Below are positions 9,449-18,390 of a stretch of DNA of 64,000 nucleotides, piece after piece. Under the pieces are notes generated by a model, which saw nothing but the letters and a program-made list of their open reading frames with translations, had not been told where the DNA came from and did not search any database. A program made the position numbers and the translations under genes. The stretch is from Candidatus Pacebacteria bacterium GW2011_GWA1_46_10 (GTDB taxonomy: Bacteria; Patescibacteriota; Microgenomatia; UBA1400; PJMF01), in the NCBI GenBank assembly GCA_001002135.1, contig LCLP01000001.1:142108-206107 (forward strand), read 5' to 3'. Numbering within the stretch: position 1 is the stretch's first letter; every line of letters begins with the position of its first letter.

Positions 9449-10102
9449 ATGATGGTTCAACAAACCAAAACGGTGGGCGAGCTTTTAAAGCTGGAACGAG
9501 AGGAACGCGGCTTTTCTCGCACGCAGTTATCACACGCCATCCGAGTGAGAGAACAATTTTTGGTTGCCCTAGAAGAAAATCGTTTTCAAGATCTACCGGC
9601 GGCAGTGTTTGTCAAAGGGTATGTTAAGGCGTATGCACGGGTGTTGGGTTTTGATGCCGAGCCGATGCTGGCGCTACTGCGGCGCGATTTCCAGGAAAGT
9701 GCTAAGGGTAAGTTAGTAGCTCAGGAATTTTTGAAGCCGGCTTTTCGTAAAATGCCCACTTTATCACCTATTCGCTTAGCTACCAGTGGGGTGGGCGGCA
9801 TTTTTTTGGTGCTATTTTTATACATCGGTATTCGCTGGTTCAGTTTTATTTCCCCGCCCAAGATTGAGCTTTACGAGCCCGTGGAAGATTCAATCGTTTC
9901 CCCGCAAGTGGGAGTGCGCGGGATGACCGAACTAGAAACAGTGGTGATGGTCAACGCTCAGGCTGTACCAGTGGCAGCTGACGGCAGTTTTGAGGCGCAG
10001 ATTACCCTGCCGAATGAAGGTATTGCTACCATTACGGTGGAGGCCAAGGATAAACAGGGAAAAACTTCGACCGTGCAACGAACAGTGTTTGTCAGGTTTT
10101 AA
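9449..10102 (+). CDS. RodZ-like HTH_25 membrane protein with C-terminal Ig-like domain
   Basis: VGELLK..RE..LEENRFQDLPAAVFVKGYVKAYA, single TM, beta-rich C-terminus. Confidence 0.82.
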   Translation: MMVQQTKTVGELLKLEREERGFSRTQLSHAIRVREQFLVALEENRFQDLPAAVFVKGYVKAYARVLGFDAEPMLALLRRDFQESAKGKLVAQEFLKPAFRKMPTLSPIRLATSGVGGIFLVLFLYIGIRWFSFISPPKIELYEPVEDSIVSPQVGVRGMTELETVVMVNAQAVPVAADGSFEAQITLPNEGIATITVEAKDKQGKTSTVQRTVFVRF

Positions 10103-10159
10103 GTTCATAGTGAATAGTTTATAGTTAATTAGGATAAGAATCTCTATAAACTATTAACT
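10102..10159. repeat. Heptamer-repeat hairpin
   Basis: TTCATAG-TGAATAG-TTTATAG ... CTATAAA-CTATTAA; 16-bp stem with one mismatch. Confidence 0.7.
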
Positions 10160-10174
10160 GACAAAGGAGGAAGT

Positions 10175-10456
10175 ATGGAACAGCTTTTACCGATAGTCTT
10201 AGTCATCGTGGCGGTTATTCTCACTATTATTTTGTCGGTCGTTGGCGTCCAGATTATTTTGGTGCTCACTGAAGTGAAGCGTACGCTACAAAAAATCAAC
10301 ACTACCTTGGATGAAGCCCAGGCTAAAATTAACACCATTGTGGCTCCACTGCAAAACTTAGGGGGGTTGGCGACCGGTATTCAGACCGGCATTAAGGTGT
10401 TTGAGTCTTTCACCGGCTGGCTGACAAGCAGAAAAGATGGCAGTAAAAGAAAGTAA
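10175..10456 (+). CDS. DUF948/YoxC-like membrane protein
   Basis: AAGGAGG RBS; N-terminal TM plus coiled coil; adjacent to a YtxH-like gene. Confidence 0.6.
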   Translation: MEQLLPIVLVIVAVILTIILSVVGVQIILVLTEVKRTLQKINTTLDEAQAKINTIVAPLQNLGGLATGIQTGIKVFESFTGWLTSRKDGSKRK

Positions 10457-10745
10457 TTTTCAGGGGCCCTTTTTATTGGGCTTTGTGGCCGGGATGACCG
10501 CTGGCGCGGCCGCGGTTTATTTTTTGGCGACCGACCGAGGGAAAGATTTTGTCGATGACATGAACGAACTGTGGGAAGAGGCCCGGCCGGAACTGGTAAA
10601 ACAAGGTGTGATTCAGGATACAGAGGCTTCTTTGGGTGAATCGGTCAAAACACTCTTGATCCAAGCGTTTGCGCAGAAAGCCCATGAACTGACTGCCACC
10701 AAAAAACGCATTCGCAAACCCAATACACAGTTTCGAGGAGTATGA
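10437..10745 (+). CDS. YtxH-like protein
   Basis: FLLGFVAGMTAGAAAVYFLAT..GK motif. Confidence 0.65.
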   Translation: MAVKESNFQGPFLLGFVAGMTAGAAAVYFLATDRGKDFVDDMNELWEEARPELVKQGVIQDTEASLGESVKTLLIQAFAQKAHELTATKKRIRKPNTQFRGV

Positions 10746-10768
10746 CTTGCCCTGTATAATCGGGAATT

Positions 10769-12649
10769 ATGCTTGATTCGACGTTGCTGCGCCAAAAATA
10801 TCTTGATTTTTTTGCTGATCGCGGTCACGCCATTGTGCCTTCCTCGCCGCTGGTACCGGAAAATGATCCCACTACGCTTTTTACCGGTTCCGGTATGCAG
10901 CCGATGCTGCCGTATTTACTGGGGGCCAAACATCCACAAGGCACCCGAATTGCTGACTCGCAAAAATGTTTTCGTTCCCAAGACATTGAGGAAGTGGGCG
11001 ACAATCGTCACACTACTTTTTTCGAGATGCTGGGCAATTGGTCACTGGGAGATTATTTCAAACAGGAACAGTTGGAGTGGTATTTCACTTTTTTGATTGA
11101 CGAACTTGGACTTGACCCTGCGCGGTTGTATGTTTCTGTCTATGGGGGTGATGAAAAATTGGGTATTCCCCGTGATGATGAAACGGCCGGAATTTGGCAG
11201 CAGCTTTTCAAACAGAAAAATATTGAGACCAAAATTGTCGACCAACCCCGCACTCAGGGGCTGCAGGACGGCAGAATTTTCTTTTATGAGGGTGGGGCTA
11301 ATTGGTGGTCGCGCGCCGGTGAGCCGGCTCAGATGCCGGTAGGCGAACCAGGCGGTCCGGACAACGAAGTGTTTTGGGATTTTGGGGCTGATAAACAGTT
11401 TCATGAACACTCGGCATGGAAAGATCAGCCGTGTCACATCAACTGCAGCTGCGGCCGATTTTTGGAAATTGGTAATTCAGTGTTTATGCAATACCTTAAG
11501 ACTGACAAAGGCTTTGAGCCACTGCCGCAAAAAAATATTGATTTTGGTGGCGGGTTGGAACGAATGTTGGCCGCAGTGCACGACGAGCCGGACGTGTTTA
11601 AAATTGATCTTTTTGTGCCGATCATTGACTACATTGAGAAAGTAGCTGGTCAAAAATATACCAGTGCCAATAGTGCTTCATTTCGGGTCATTGCCGATCA
11701 TCTGCGCGCGGCGGTAATGCTGATTGCCGACGGAGTACAGCCATCAAATAAAGACCAAGGGTACTTTGTCCGTCGTCTGATTCGCCGAGCAGTCAGGTAC
11801 GGCAAGCAGTTGGGAATTACTCAGCCGTTCTTGGGTAAAATCGCTGAAATAGTCGGCAAAACCTATCGTGAGGCGTATCCAGCGGTGATGCGAAACGTGC
11901 TATCGGTCACTCAAGCCATTGAAGGGGAAGAAAATAAATTTTTGCGCACGTTGGAAAAAGGTTTGCAGGAATTTGTTAAACAAACAGCCGGTTCTGCAAA
12001 ACTCACCGCTCAGTTGGCCTTCACGTTGTACGAAACGTATGGTTTTCCGTTGGAGCTTTCGATCGAAGAAGCACAACACAAAAATCTGACCGTTTCTGGA
12101 AATATTCACCAAGAATTTCAAAAAATGAAAAACCAGCACGCTGATCGTTCTCGCACCGCTTCAGTTGGCAAATTCAAAGGGGGATTGGCCGATACTTCGG
12201 AAGCCGTAGTGAAGTACCACACGGCCACTCATTTACTACACGCGGCACTGCGCCAGGTGCTTGGTACGCACGTGGAACAGCAAGGCTCCAACATCACCGG
12301 TGAGCGGTTGCGCTTTGATTTCACTCATCCGCAGGTATTGACCGACCGTGAAAAACAAGCAGTAGAAAAGCAGATTAACGATTGGGTAGCGGCTGATTTG
12401 CCAGTCACTCAACAAACAATGCGCAAAGACGCGGCGCTCAAAGCTGGTGCGTTAGCCTTTTTTGCCGAAAAATATCCTGATCAAGTCAGTGTTTATACTA
12501 TTGGTTATGATCCAGAAAAAGACTGGATTTCCAAAGAGTTGTGTGGCGGACCCCATGTGACCAATACTGGTGAAGTTGGTCAGATCAAGATAACCAAGGA
12601 GAAGGCGGTCGCTGCTGGAGTGAGAAGGCTTTACCTGGAATTGGTTTAA
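10769..12649 (+). CDS. alaS: Alanine--tRNA ligase (no C-Ala domain)
   Basis: DPTTLFTGSGMQP, HTTFFEMLGNWS, ADHLR, HTATHLL, ELCGGPHV, AAGVRR. Confidence 0.97.
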   Translation: MLDSTLLRQKYLDFFADRGHAIVPSSPLVPENDPTTLFTGSGMQPMLPYLLGAKHPQGTRIADSQKCFRSQDIEEVGDNRHTTFFEMLGNWSLGDYFKQEQLEWYFTFLIDELGLDPARLYVSVYGGDEKLGIPRDDETAGIWQQLFKQKNIETKIVDQPRTQGLQDGRIFFYEGGANWWSRAGEPAQMPVGEPGGPDNEVFWDFGADKQFHEHSAWKDQPCHINCSCGRFLEIGNSVFMQYLKTDKGFEPLPQKNIDFGGGLERMLAAVHDEPDVFKIDLFVPIIDYIEKVAGQKYTSANSASFRVIADHLRAAVMLIADGVQPSNKDQGYFVRRLIRRAVRYGKQLGITQPFLGKIAEIVGKTYREAYPAVMRNVLSVTQAIEGEENKFLRTLEKGLQEFVKQTAGSAKLTAQLAFTLYETYGFPLELSIEEAQHKNLTVSGNIHQEFQKMKNQHADRSRTASVGKFKGGLADTSEAVVKYHTATHLLHAALRQVLGTHVEQQGSNITGERLRFDFTHPQVLTDREKQAVEKQINDWVAADLPVTQQTMRKDAALKAGALAFFAEKYPDQVSVYTIGYDPEKDWISKELCGGPHVTNTGEVGQIKITKEKAVAAGVRRLYLELV

Positions 12650-12688
12650 TTCCAGTCCTCTTTCATTTCGGTCTCAATTTTGCTTAAA

Positions 12689-12729
12689 TAAACCAACCAG
12701 CACCAGTACACACTGGTTTGTTTGGTTTA
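12689..12729 (+). terminator. Hairpin after alaS (possible terminator)
   Basis: TAAACCAA..ACCAGT-ACAC-ACTGGT..TTGGTTTA. Confidence 0.35.
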
Positions 12730-12737
12730 AAAAAACT

Positions 12738-14978
12738 ATGCCACTCATCAAACTACCAAAGTTTCCGCTCAAGTCTTCTCAAAAAGGGAAGGGAGGCGAT
12801 CAGGCGCCATTACACACTTTTTTGTGTTTGATGTTTGTTAACCACTCGGTTCAGGCAGCACTCTGGAAAGTGGAGGGGGAGAAGGTGCGCACCCTTTCCA
12901 ATTCCAGCCTGAAAACCTTTGAAAATGATGAAGATGGTTTAATTCAGGCTGATCAAGCCCTCCAGGAGCTGGGATCGGATTCGGAAAACATCGGCGAGGT
13001 GGTTTTTGGTTTTGATCCACTCTGGGTTGATGATGCTGGCCTGATGAGCCAGAAAAAACCCTTCATCAAGGCAGTGGCTGAAAACCTTGGCTTGAATCCG
13101 GTTGGCTTTGTGGTGATTCCAGATGCTCTCGTTCAGCAAATCGTGGCCCAAGACAGTCTGGCCTCTCAGGTCTTGGTGTATCTCCAAGACGATACGGTTT
13201 TCATTTACCTCCTCAAGCAGGGTAAGTTAGTTCACCAACTGTCGGTTGGTCGCTCGGGCGACATTGTGCAAGATGTCGTTGAGGGTCTCGCCCGCTTTGC
13301 TGGTGAACTCAAAGGGAAAGACACTTACCTGCCCGCCAAGTTGATGCTGGCCTCTGTGACGCTGACCGCGCCAGAGATGGATGACGCTCAACAACAGATC
13401 AGCAACTACAACTGGTCGGAAAATCATCCTTTTGTCCAGGCACCGGTAGTAGAAAGCATGGCCGCCTTGGATGTATTGTATGCAGTGGTAGAACAAGGGG
13501 GTGCCGCCGTCGCCCAGTCCAAAGGACTGCAAGGAAAACACGTCATGCCGGAAACGAGTATCAATCAAACTGAAAATGAAGATTTTGGCTTTGAGAGTGT
13601 TGATGCGCCGGTTGAGCAAGGTGATAACTTTACTACTCCAGCGGAAGGGGGCCAAGTGACCAGTTTTGGTGTTCCCATTTCCCGGAGTGATTTACCGGCT
13701 GTATCGGAAAAACCGATTGAGCGGGGGGAGAAGTCACGTGCGGCTGGCCGACGCCTAAAAATGCCTGTCTTTTTAAAGAAACTCTATCGTTGGTACGACC
13801 ATCATCCCCACAAAAAAACTATTTTGGGTGGATTTATCGGTGGCGTTTTAGCCTTACTCTTGATGCTTATTGGCTGGGTGGTGATGTCCTATCAAGTGGC
13901 AGTTTCACTTCAATTGACCGAAAAAGTAATTGCCAAAGATGTGGAAATTACGATTGATCCCACTCTTGCCAGTTCCAATGTGGCTCGCCAAATTCTCAAG
14001 GGGGAATTAGAAACAATGGAGGTGACTGGTCGAGAAACGGCTGCCACTACCGGAGTTAAACTGGTTGGCGAGCAGGCTAAAGGGACCGTGACTCTTTTTA
14101 ATAAAACTACGGCCGTCAAAACATTCACGGAAGGAACCAGGCTAAGTGCTGGTACCTTGGCTTTTACCCTGGACACCGAGGTGACAGTGGCCTCGGCCTC
14201 AGTCGAAGAAAATGAGGGCGGCACTGGTGAAACTAAAAATTACGGTCAGACTGACGTGGCGGTGACGGCCAGTGCGATTGGGGCTGAGAGCAATCTTGGT
14301 AAGGGGACTGAATTAATCATTGCTAGTTTTGATATCGGTACCTATTCTGCCACGGCCAAAGACGCTTTTAGTGGTGGTTCAAGTCGAGAAGTAAGAGTAA
14401 TTTCGCAAGAAGATCAAGATAACGTCTTAGGAACCTTGACCAATAAACTCAAAGATGAAGCTCAACAAAAGTTTAATGACCAGTCGGGTAATGGGATATA
14501 TTACGCGCTGACCTCCCGGATAGCAGCCATCGAGGAAAATTATGATGGTGAAGTGGGTGATGAAGCCGATCAAGTGACGCTGGATTTAACCCTCGAGGCC
14601 TCGGCAGTCAAATATCAATCGTCAGATCTCAGGCCGCTTTTAGAAGAGGCGTTGAAAGACGATATTCCAGAGGGTTACCGGTTGATTGATGAAGAGCCGG
14701 AGTTTTTGTCAGATACCCGCCAGGAAGCGACTGCCAGCACTCGGGTGGTTTTGGATGCCAATGTGATTGCCAAGGCGCGCCCACCATTCAATCAGGAAGA
14801 AGTGATTCAGACTATCCTCGGTCTCCCACTCCGTGAACTCCCAGGCAAACTGGCTGAGCGCGGTGAAATAGAGAGTGCGCAGTACGTGCTTAAGCCAGCT
14901 ATCGCTCGACTGTTTGTCAGGAGAGTACCCAAAGACGCTCAGCGGGTACAACTGGAAATCAGCAACCAAACTCGGTAA
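12738..14978 (+). CDS. Bitopic membrane protein: FtsA/PilM-like N-terminus, baseplate-J-like outer domain
   Basis: Single TM near aa 363-385; AKGTVTLFN..GT.L..F..V.V.A..G.ESN..FSGG pattern of the baseplate J/gp47 family. Confidence 0.6.
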   Translation: MPLIKLPKFPLKSSQKGKGGDQAPLHTFLCLMFVNHSVQAALWKVEGEKVRTLSNSSLKTFENDEDGLIQADQALQELGSDSENIGEVVFGFDPLWVDDAGLMSQKKPFIKAVAENLGLNPVGFVVIPDALVQQIVAQDSLASQVLVYLQDDTVFIYLLKQGKLVHQLSVGRSGDIVQDVVEGLARFAGELKGKDTYLPAKLMLASVTLTAPEMDDAQQQISNYNWSENHPFVQAPVVESMAALDVLYAVVEQGGAAVAQSKGLQGKHVMPETSINQTENEDFGFESVDAPVEQGDNFTTPAEGGQVTSFGVPISRSDLPAVSEKPIERGEKSRAAGRRLKMPVFLKKLYRWYDHHPHKKTILGGFIGGVLALLLMLIGWVVMSYQVAVSLQLTEKVIAKDVEITIDPTLASSNVARQILKGELETMEVTGRETAATTGVKLVGEQAKGTVTLFNKTTAVKTFTEGTRLSAGTLAFTLDTEVTVASASVEENEGGTGETKNYGQTDVAVTASAIGAESNLGKGTELIIASFDIGTYSATAKDAFSGGSSREVRVISQEDQDNVLGTLTNKLKDEAQQKFNDQSGNGIYYALTSRIAAIEENYDGEVGDEADQVTLDLTLEASAVKYQSSDLRPLLEEALKDDIPEGYRLIDEEPEFLSDTRQEATASTRVVLDANVIAKARPPFNQEEVIQTILGLPLRELPGKLAERGEIESAQYVLKPAIARLFVRRVPKDAQRVQLEISNQTR

Positions 14979-14982
14979 AAAC

Positions 14983-15939
14983 ATGCCCAAAACAAGGCCT
15001 TCCCACCAACAGCGGCAGGAGCTGGTCCGGCTTTATCGCCAGGCGCTAATAGAGGGCGTTTCGCTGAATAAAATTGAGGAAAAGGTCGATAAGCTTGCCG
15101 AGCGCTTTACGGTGGCTGACCGGCAGGAAATCTCAGAAGTTCGTGACAAAGAGAAACATTTTCGTCGCGCTATTCCCAGGGCTATTCGCTTGGGAGCGGC
15201 CGTTTTGCCAACCGTATTACTGCTCTTGGGGATTGGGTTAGTAGGCAGTGCTACTTGGCCGATCGTGGTTTACTATGTGGGAGATTTCACGGCCAACGCG
15301 GTGGAACTGAAAACGCCAATTCCACCAGAACAAGTGTTGGAAACTTCTTCATTGGCTTTAGCCAGCGCCAGCGATGGGGAAGAGGTAGAGTTTGGAGTGC
15401 CGGTCGAAGACGAAGCTGGTCCGATCATTCTGAATACGGCTTTGGACTATACGGATCTTTCTAACTGGTTTACTGGTGATCAAGCAGTTGGGTTGAGTGA
15501 GCAGCAAGAGTCTATTTCCTACAAGATCGAGATTCCTAAAATTAATATTTATGATGCCCAGGTCCTGGTCGGTGGCACTGACCTGAGTCGCAGCCTGATT
15601 GCCTATCCAGGGACGGCTCTCCCTGGTCAGCCTGGCTCGCCGGTGATTTTTGGTCACTCGATTTTGCGGCAGTTTTACAACCCCAGTGTCAATAACCCAC
15701 GCCGCTATACTTCGATTTTTAGTTACATCATGACGCTGGAAAAGGGAGACAAGATTTATGTCACTCAGGACAATGTGCGCTACACCTATGTGGTGACCAG
15801 TAAGACGGAAGTGAAACCGACTGATACCTACATTTTGTCCCAGAATTACGATATCCGTCAGCTGAAACTGGTCACCTGTGTGCCGGAGGGTACTTATCTT
15901 CTCCGAGGGGTAGTGACCGCTCAACTGGTGAGGGAATGA
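14983..15939 (+). CDS. Sortase (class D/E-like)
   Basis: IEIPKI, YPGTALPG..VIFGHS, LKLVTC.P..R catalytic residues; N-terminal TM. Confidence 0.9.
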   Translation: MPKTRPSHQQRQELVRLYRQALIEGVSLNKIEEKVDKLAERFTVADRQEISEVRDKEKHFRRAIPRAIRLGAAVLPTVLLLLGIGLVGSATWPIVVYYVGDFTANAVELKTPIPPEQVLETSSLALASASDGEEVEFGVPVEDEAGPIILNTALDYTDLSNWFTGDQAVGLSEQQESISYKIEIPKINIYDAQVLVGGTDLSRSLIAYPGTALPGQPGSPVIFGHSILRQFYNPSVNNPRRYTSIFSYIMTLEKGDKIYVTQDNVRYTYVVTSKTEVKPTDTYILSQNYDIRQLKLVTCVPEGTYLLRGVVTAQLVRE

Positions 15940-16316
15940 TGATGAAGGTCTTGGCGATTGACTACGGGACGAGACGGGTGGGCTTGGCTGTTTCCCACGG
16001 CAGTTTGGCCCAGCCCTTAGCAGTAGTAGAGAATGACGAACATTTATTTGACCAACTGCGATCAATTATTAATCATGAAAAAATTGAGCGGGTGGTGATC
16101 GGTCTATCTGAAAACGAGATGGCTGACTTAACGCGTGAGTTTGCCCAAGAGTTAGAAGGAGTAGTTAGCGTCCCGATCGAGTTTATCGATGAGACATTAA
16201 GCTCTAAAGCGGTTGAACAAAAGTTAAAAGAGCGGGGGATGAAAAATATTTCCCAGCAACCGATTGACCACTACGCCGCGGCTTTAATCTTGGAGGAGTG
16301 GTTAGCACAACAGTGA
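15936..16316 (+). CDS. ruvX: YqgF/RuvX nuclease
   Basis: LAIDYGTRRVGLAVS, DETLSS, DHYAAALILE. Confidence 0.93.
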   Translation: MMMKVLAIDYGTRRVGLAVSHGSLAQPLAVVENDEHLFDQLRSIINHEKIERVVIGLSENEMADLTREFAQELEGVVSVPIEFIDETLSSKAVEQKLKERGMKNISQQPIDHYAAALILEEWLAQQ

Positions 16317-16332
16317 GCGTCGCACTAAAAAA

Positions 16333-16776
16333 TTACCAGTGATTTCTTATTGCAGCCATAAGCTCTGTAAGTTGCTTCGGCAGTTTATCGCCGAGTAAGT
16401 CGGTAACCTCCTCAAGTCTATTTAAAAGGTTAGTATTTACCTCAGTTTGTTGGTTAGAGAATCGGACATCTTCTGACTTAAGTAAGTATTGCGCCGCTAA
16501 TTCTGGTTCACCAACTTCATTGAGAGCTTCAGCCATAACGTTCAAGACAAGTGGGTGTATTGAATTTTTCTCTGAACGTAAGCCCCGCGAGCCAAGTACC
16601 AAGATTTCTTCTAGGCTGGTTGCCCGTTTTAATTCCTGAAATAGACCCTGTTCAGTTTTCCGTTCTGCTCCAGTCTGTGTTGCTGGCTGTTGAACAGCCC
16701 CCTCTTGATCACTCGACATTTCTGGTTGAGTTGGAGTGCCTGATTCTGCTGAAGGTTGAGTAAAATCTTCGTTCAT
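16333..16776 (-). CDS. Hypothetical helical protein inserted between ruvX and mltG
   Basis: AAAGGA RBS before ATG 16776; disordered N-terminus. Confidence 0.55.
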   Translation of the reverse strand: MNEDFTQPSAESGTPTQPEMSSDQEGAVQQPATQTGAERKTEQGLFQELKRATSLEEILVLGSRGLRSEKNSIHPLVLNVMAEALNEVGEPELAAQYLLKSEDVRFSNQQTEVNTNLLNRLEEVTDLLGDKLPKQLTELMAAIRNHW

Positions 16777-16888
16777 GGATCCTTTCATGCTTACGCTGTT
16801 CATTTCAGTCTAGCAAGTTTTCGTGCTGTGAAGCTAGTGGAGTTTTTCCGACCTTTATTACCCCTTTTATGATACACTGATTCACTCA

Positions 16889-17872
16889 ATGAAAAACTCC
16901 AAAAAACAATGGTGGATCATTGTTCCTCTTGTGTTACTCACCCTATTTGTGATGAGCGGTACGCTCTTCCTAGCGCTTTCCCGGCCGGTTGATCCGCAAA
17001 CGCAGGAAAAAGAGCGTTTTGTCATTCCCAAAGGTCAAGCAGTGAGCGTCATCGGCAGTCGCCTCCAAACGGCTGGTTTAATTAAAAACTCACTGGTGTT
17101 CCAAGTAATTGTCAAAAAGGAAAATCTGGATAATAAGATCCAGGCGGGTAGTTTTGATCTTTCGCCAAATATGAGCACGGCCGAAATTGCCTTTGAACTG
17201 ACCCAAGGCACGAATGATATCTGGGTAACTATTCCAGAGGGGTGGCGCCGAGAAGAAATTGCCCAGAGTTTGGCGGAACAAGAGCTGGAAGTCTTTTCGG
17301 CCGATGAGTTTTTGAGTTTAACCGCAGGTGATGAGGGACGATTATTTCCCGACACATACCTGATTCCACGCCAGGCCTCGGCTGAGCAGATTGGCCTACT
17401 TTTGGGTCAGACTTTTGAGCGGAAAGTAGTGAAAGGTTTGGCGGACGAAATCGTCAGTTCTGATTATAGTTTTGATGAGGCGCTGGTGATGGCTTCGATT
17501 GTGGAGCGGGAGGCGCGTGGCGAAGAGGAGTTACCGGTAGTCGCTGGGATCCTCTGGAATAGAGTAGAGCTGGGGATGCCGCTCCAGGCTGACGCCACTT
17601 TGCAATACATCAAAGGCTACAGTGGAGTGGAAGATTCTTGGTGGGTGCCGCCGACGGCCGCGGACAAGACTCTCAACTCGATCTATAACACCTATCGATA
17701 TCCTGGGTTGCCGCCTCAGCCGATTGCTAATCCTGGTCTGATGGCGATTGAGGCCGCCCTTCATCCTGCTGTCACCGACTATCTCTACTATCTCCATGAT
17801 CGGACCGGTGAAATCCACTACGCCCGGACACTGGAAGAACATAACAAGAACGTAGCGACCTATCTGCAGTAG
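16889..17872 (+). CDS. mltG: Endolytic transglycosylase MltG
   Basis: TIPEGW, EGRLFPDTY, ASIVEREA, LQADAT, YNTY..GLPPQPIANPG. Confidence 0.95.
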   Translation: MKNSKKQWWIIVPLVLLTLFVMSGTLFLALSRPVDPQTQEKERFVIPKGQAVSVIGSRLQTAGLIKNSLVFQVIVKKENLDNKIQAGSFDLSPNMSTAEIAFELTQGTNDIWVTIPEGWRREEIAQSLAEQELEVFSADEFLSLTAGDEGRLFPDTYLIPRQASAEQIGLLLGQTFERKVVKGLADEIVSSDYSFDEALVMASIVEREARGEEELPVVAGILWNRVELGMPLQADATLQYIKGYSGVEDSWWVPPTAADKTLNSIYNTYRYPGLPPQPIANPGLMAIEAALHPAVTDYLYYLHDRTGEIHYARTLEEHNKNVATYLQ

Positions 17873-17946
17873 TAAAGTCTTGCTGCTCGCAATTTACTTG
17901 AATTTTGTTGGGTTTATTGTCAGCTTGAGTGCTCACACTGGTGATA

Positions 17947-17963
17947 ACGGAAGTTCCTGACGA
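17947..17963. repeat. 17-bp direct repeat, copy 1 (ACGGAAGTTCCTGACGA)
   Basis: Identical to 18318-18334. Confidence 0.85.
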
Positions 17964-17976
17964 AAAGTTTAAAAAG

Positions 17977-18144
17977 CTAATACTCGCTTGGCAGGGGATA
18001 GATTTGTTGACACTTTTGGCAAGTCAGTGTGTTAAATGGGGTGGGTTTAAGTTTTCCAAGACATTTGGCACACCGGCCCAAAGAGAGCCAGACCATTCCC
18101 CAGAGAAAAGTCAGTAGTTTCAGCTGTACCACCTTCTTGGGCAT
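17977..18144 (-). CDS. Small zinc-ribbon protein, 55 aa
   Basis: MPKKVVQLKLLTFLWGMVWLSLGRCAKC..TCQKCQQIY; two CxxC motifs; start codon uncertain. Confidence 0.6.
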   Translation of the reverse strand: MPKKVVQLKLLTFLWGMVWLSLGRCAKCLGKLKPTPFNTLTCQKCQQIYPLPSEY

Positions 18145-18245
18145 TTGGGACAATCGATTTTTCCTCTTTTCCAGAAAACGAGCGGGGTATGACAGTAAGG
18201 GCACCTGCCCAACAGAAACCAAAAGAACTTTTTGATTTTGTTCAT
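18120..18245 (-). CDS. Small zinc-ribbon protein, 41 aa (below ORF-track cutoff)
   Basis: MNKIKKFFWFLLGRCPYCHTPLVFWKRGKIDCPKCPRRWYS*. Confidence 0.65.
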   Translation of the reverse strand: MNKIKKFFWFLLGRCPYCHTPLVFWKRGKIDCPKCPRRWYS

Positions 18246-18251
18246 ATAGTT

Positions 18252-18390
18252 TCGGGGAGAATAAAAATCTCCCCGCCAGAGTGGGGTTTCCCCCTACACC
18301 CCTTTCGGGATGCAACTACGGAAGTTCCTGACGAGGAGATGTTATCTTCCGTAGTTTTCGCGCCATGCCCCGAGGGGTTTAGGCGTTTAT
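18252..18390 (-). ncRNA. Structured leader RNA
   Basis: TG-n-TATACT at 18405-18397; five hairpins, including two GAAA tetraloops and a CCUAAA/CAUGG receptor-like loop; G.U pairs favour the minus strand. Confidence 0.55.
18318..18334. repeat. 17-bp direct repeat, copy 2
   Basis: Identical to 17947-17963. Confidence 0.85.

Noticed and set aside
10769-12649. Short AlaRS as a possible truncation or pseudogene
   Set aside because: Aminoacylation and editing motifs are intact; loss of C-Ala is common in this group.
18145-18315. N-terminal half of the 112-aa ORF 17977-18315
   Set aside because: It runs through leader hairpins and overlaps the 41-aa ORF in another frame; only the part from ATG 18144 looks coding.
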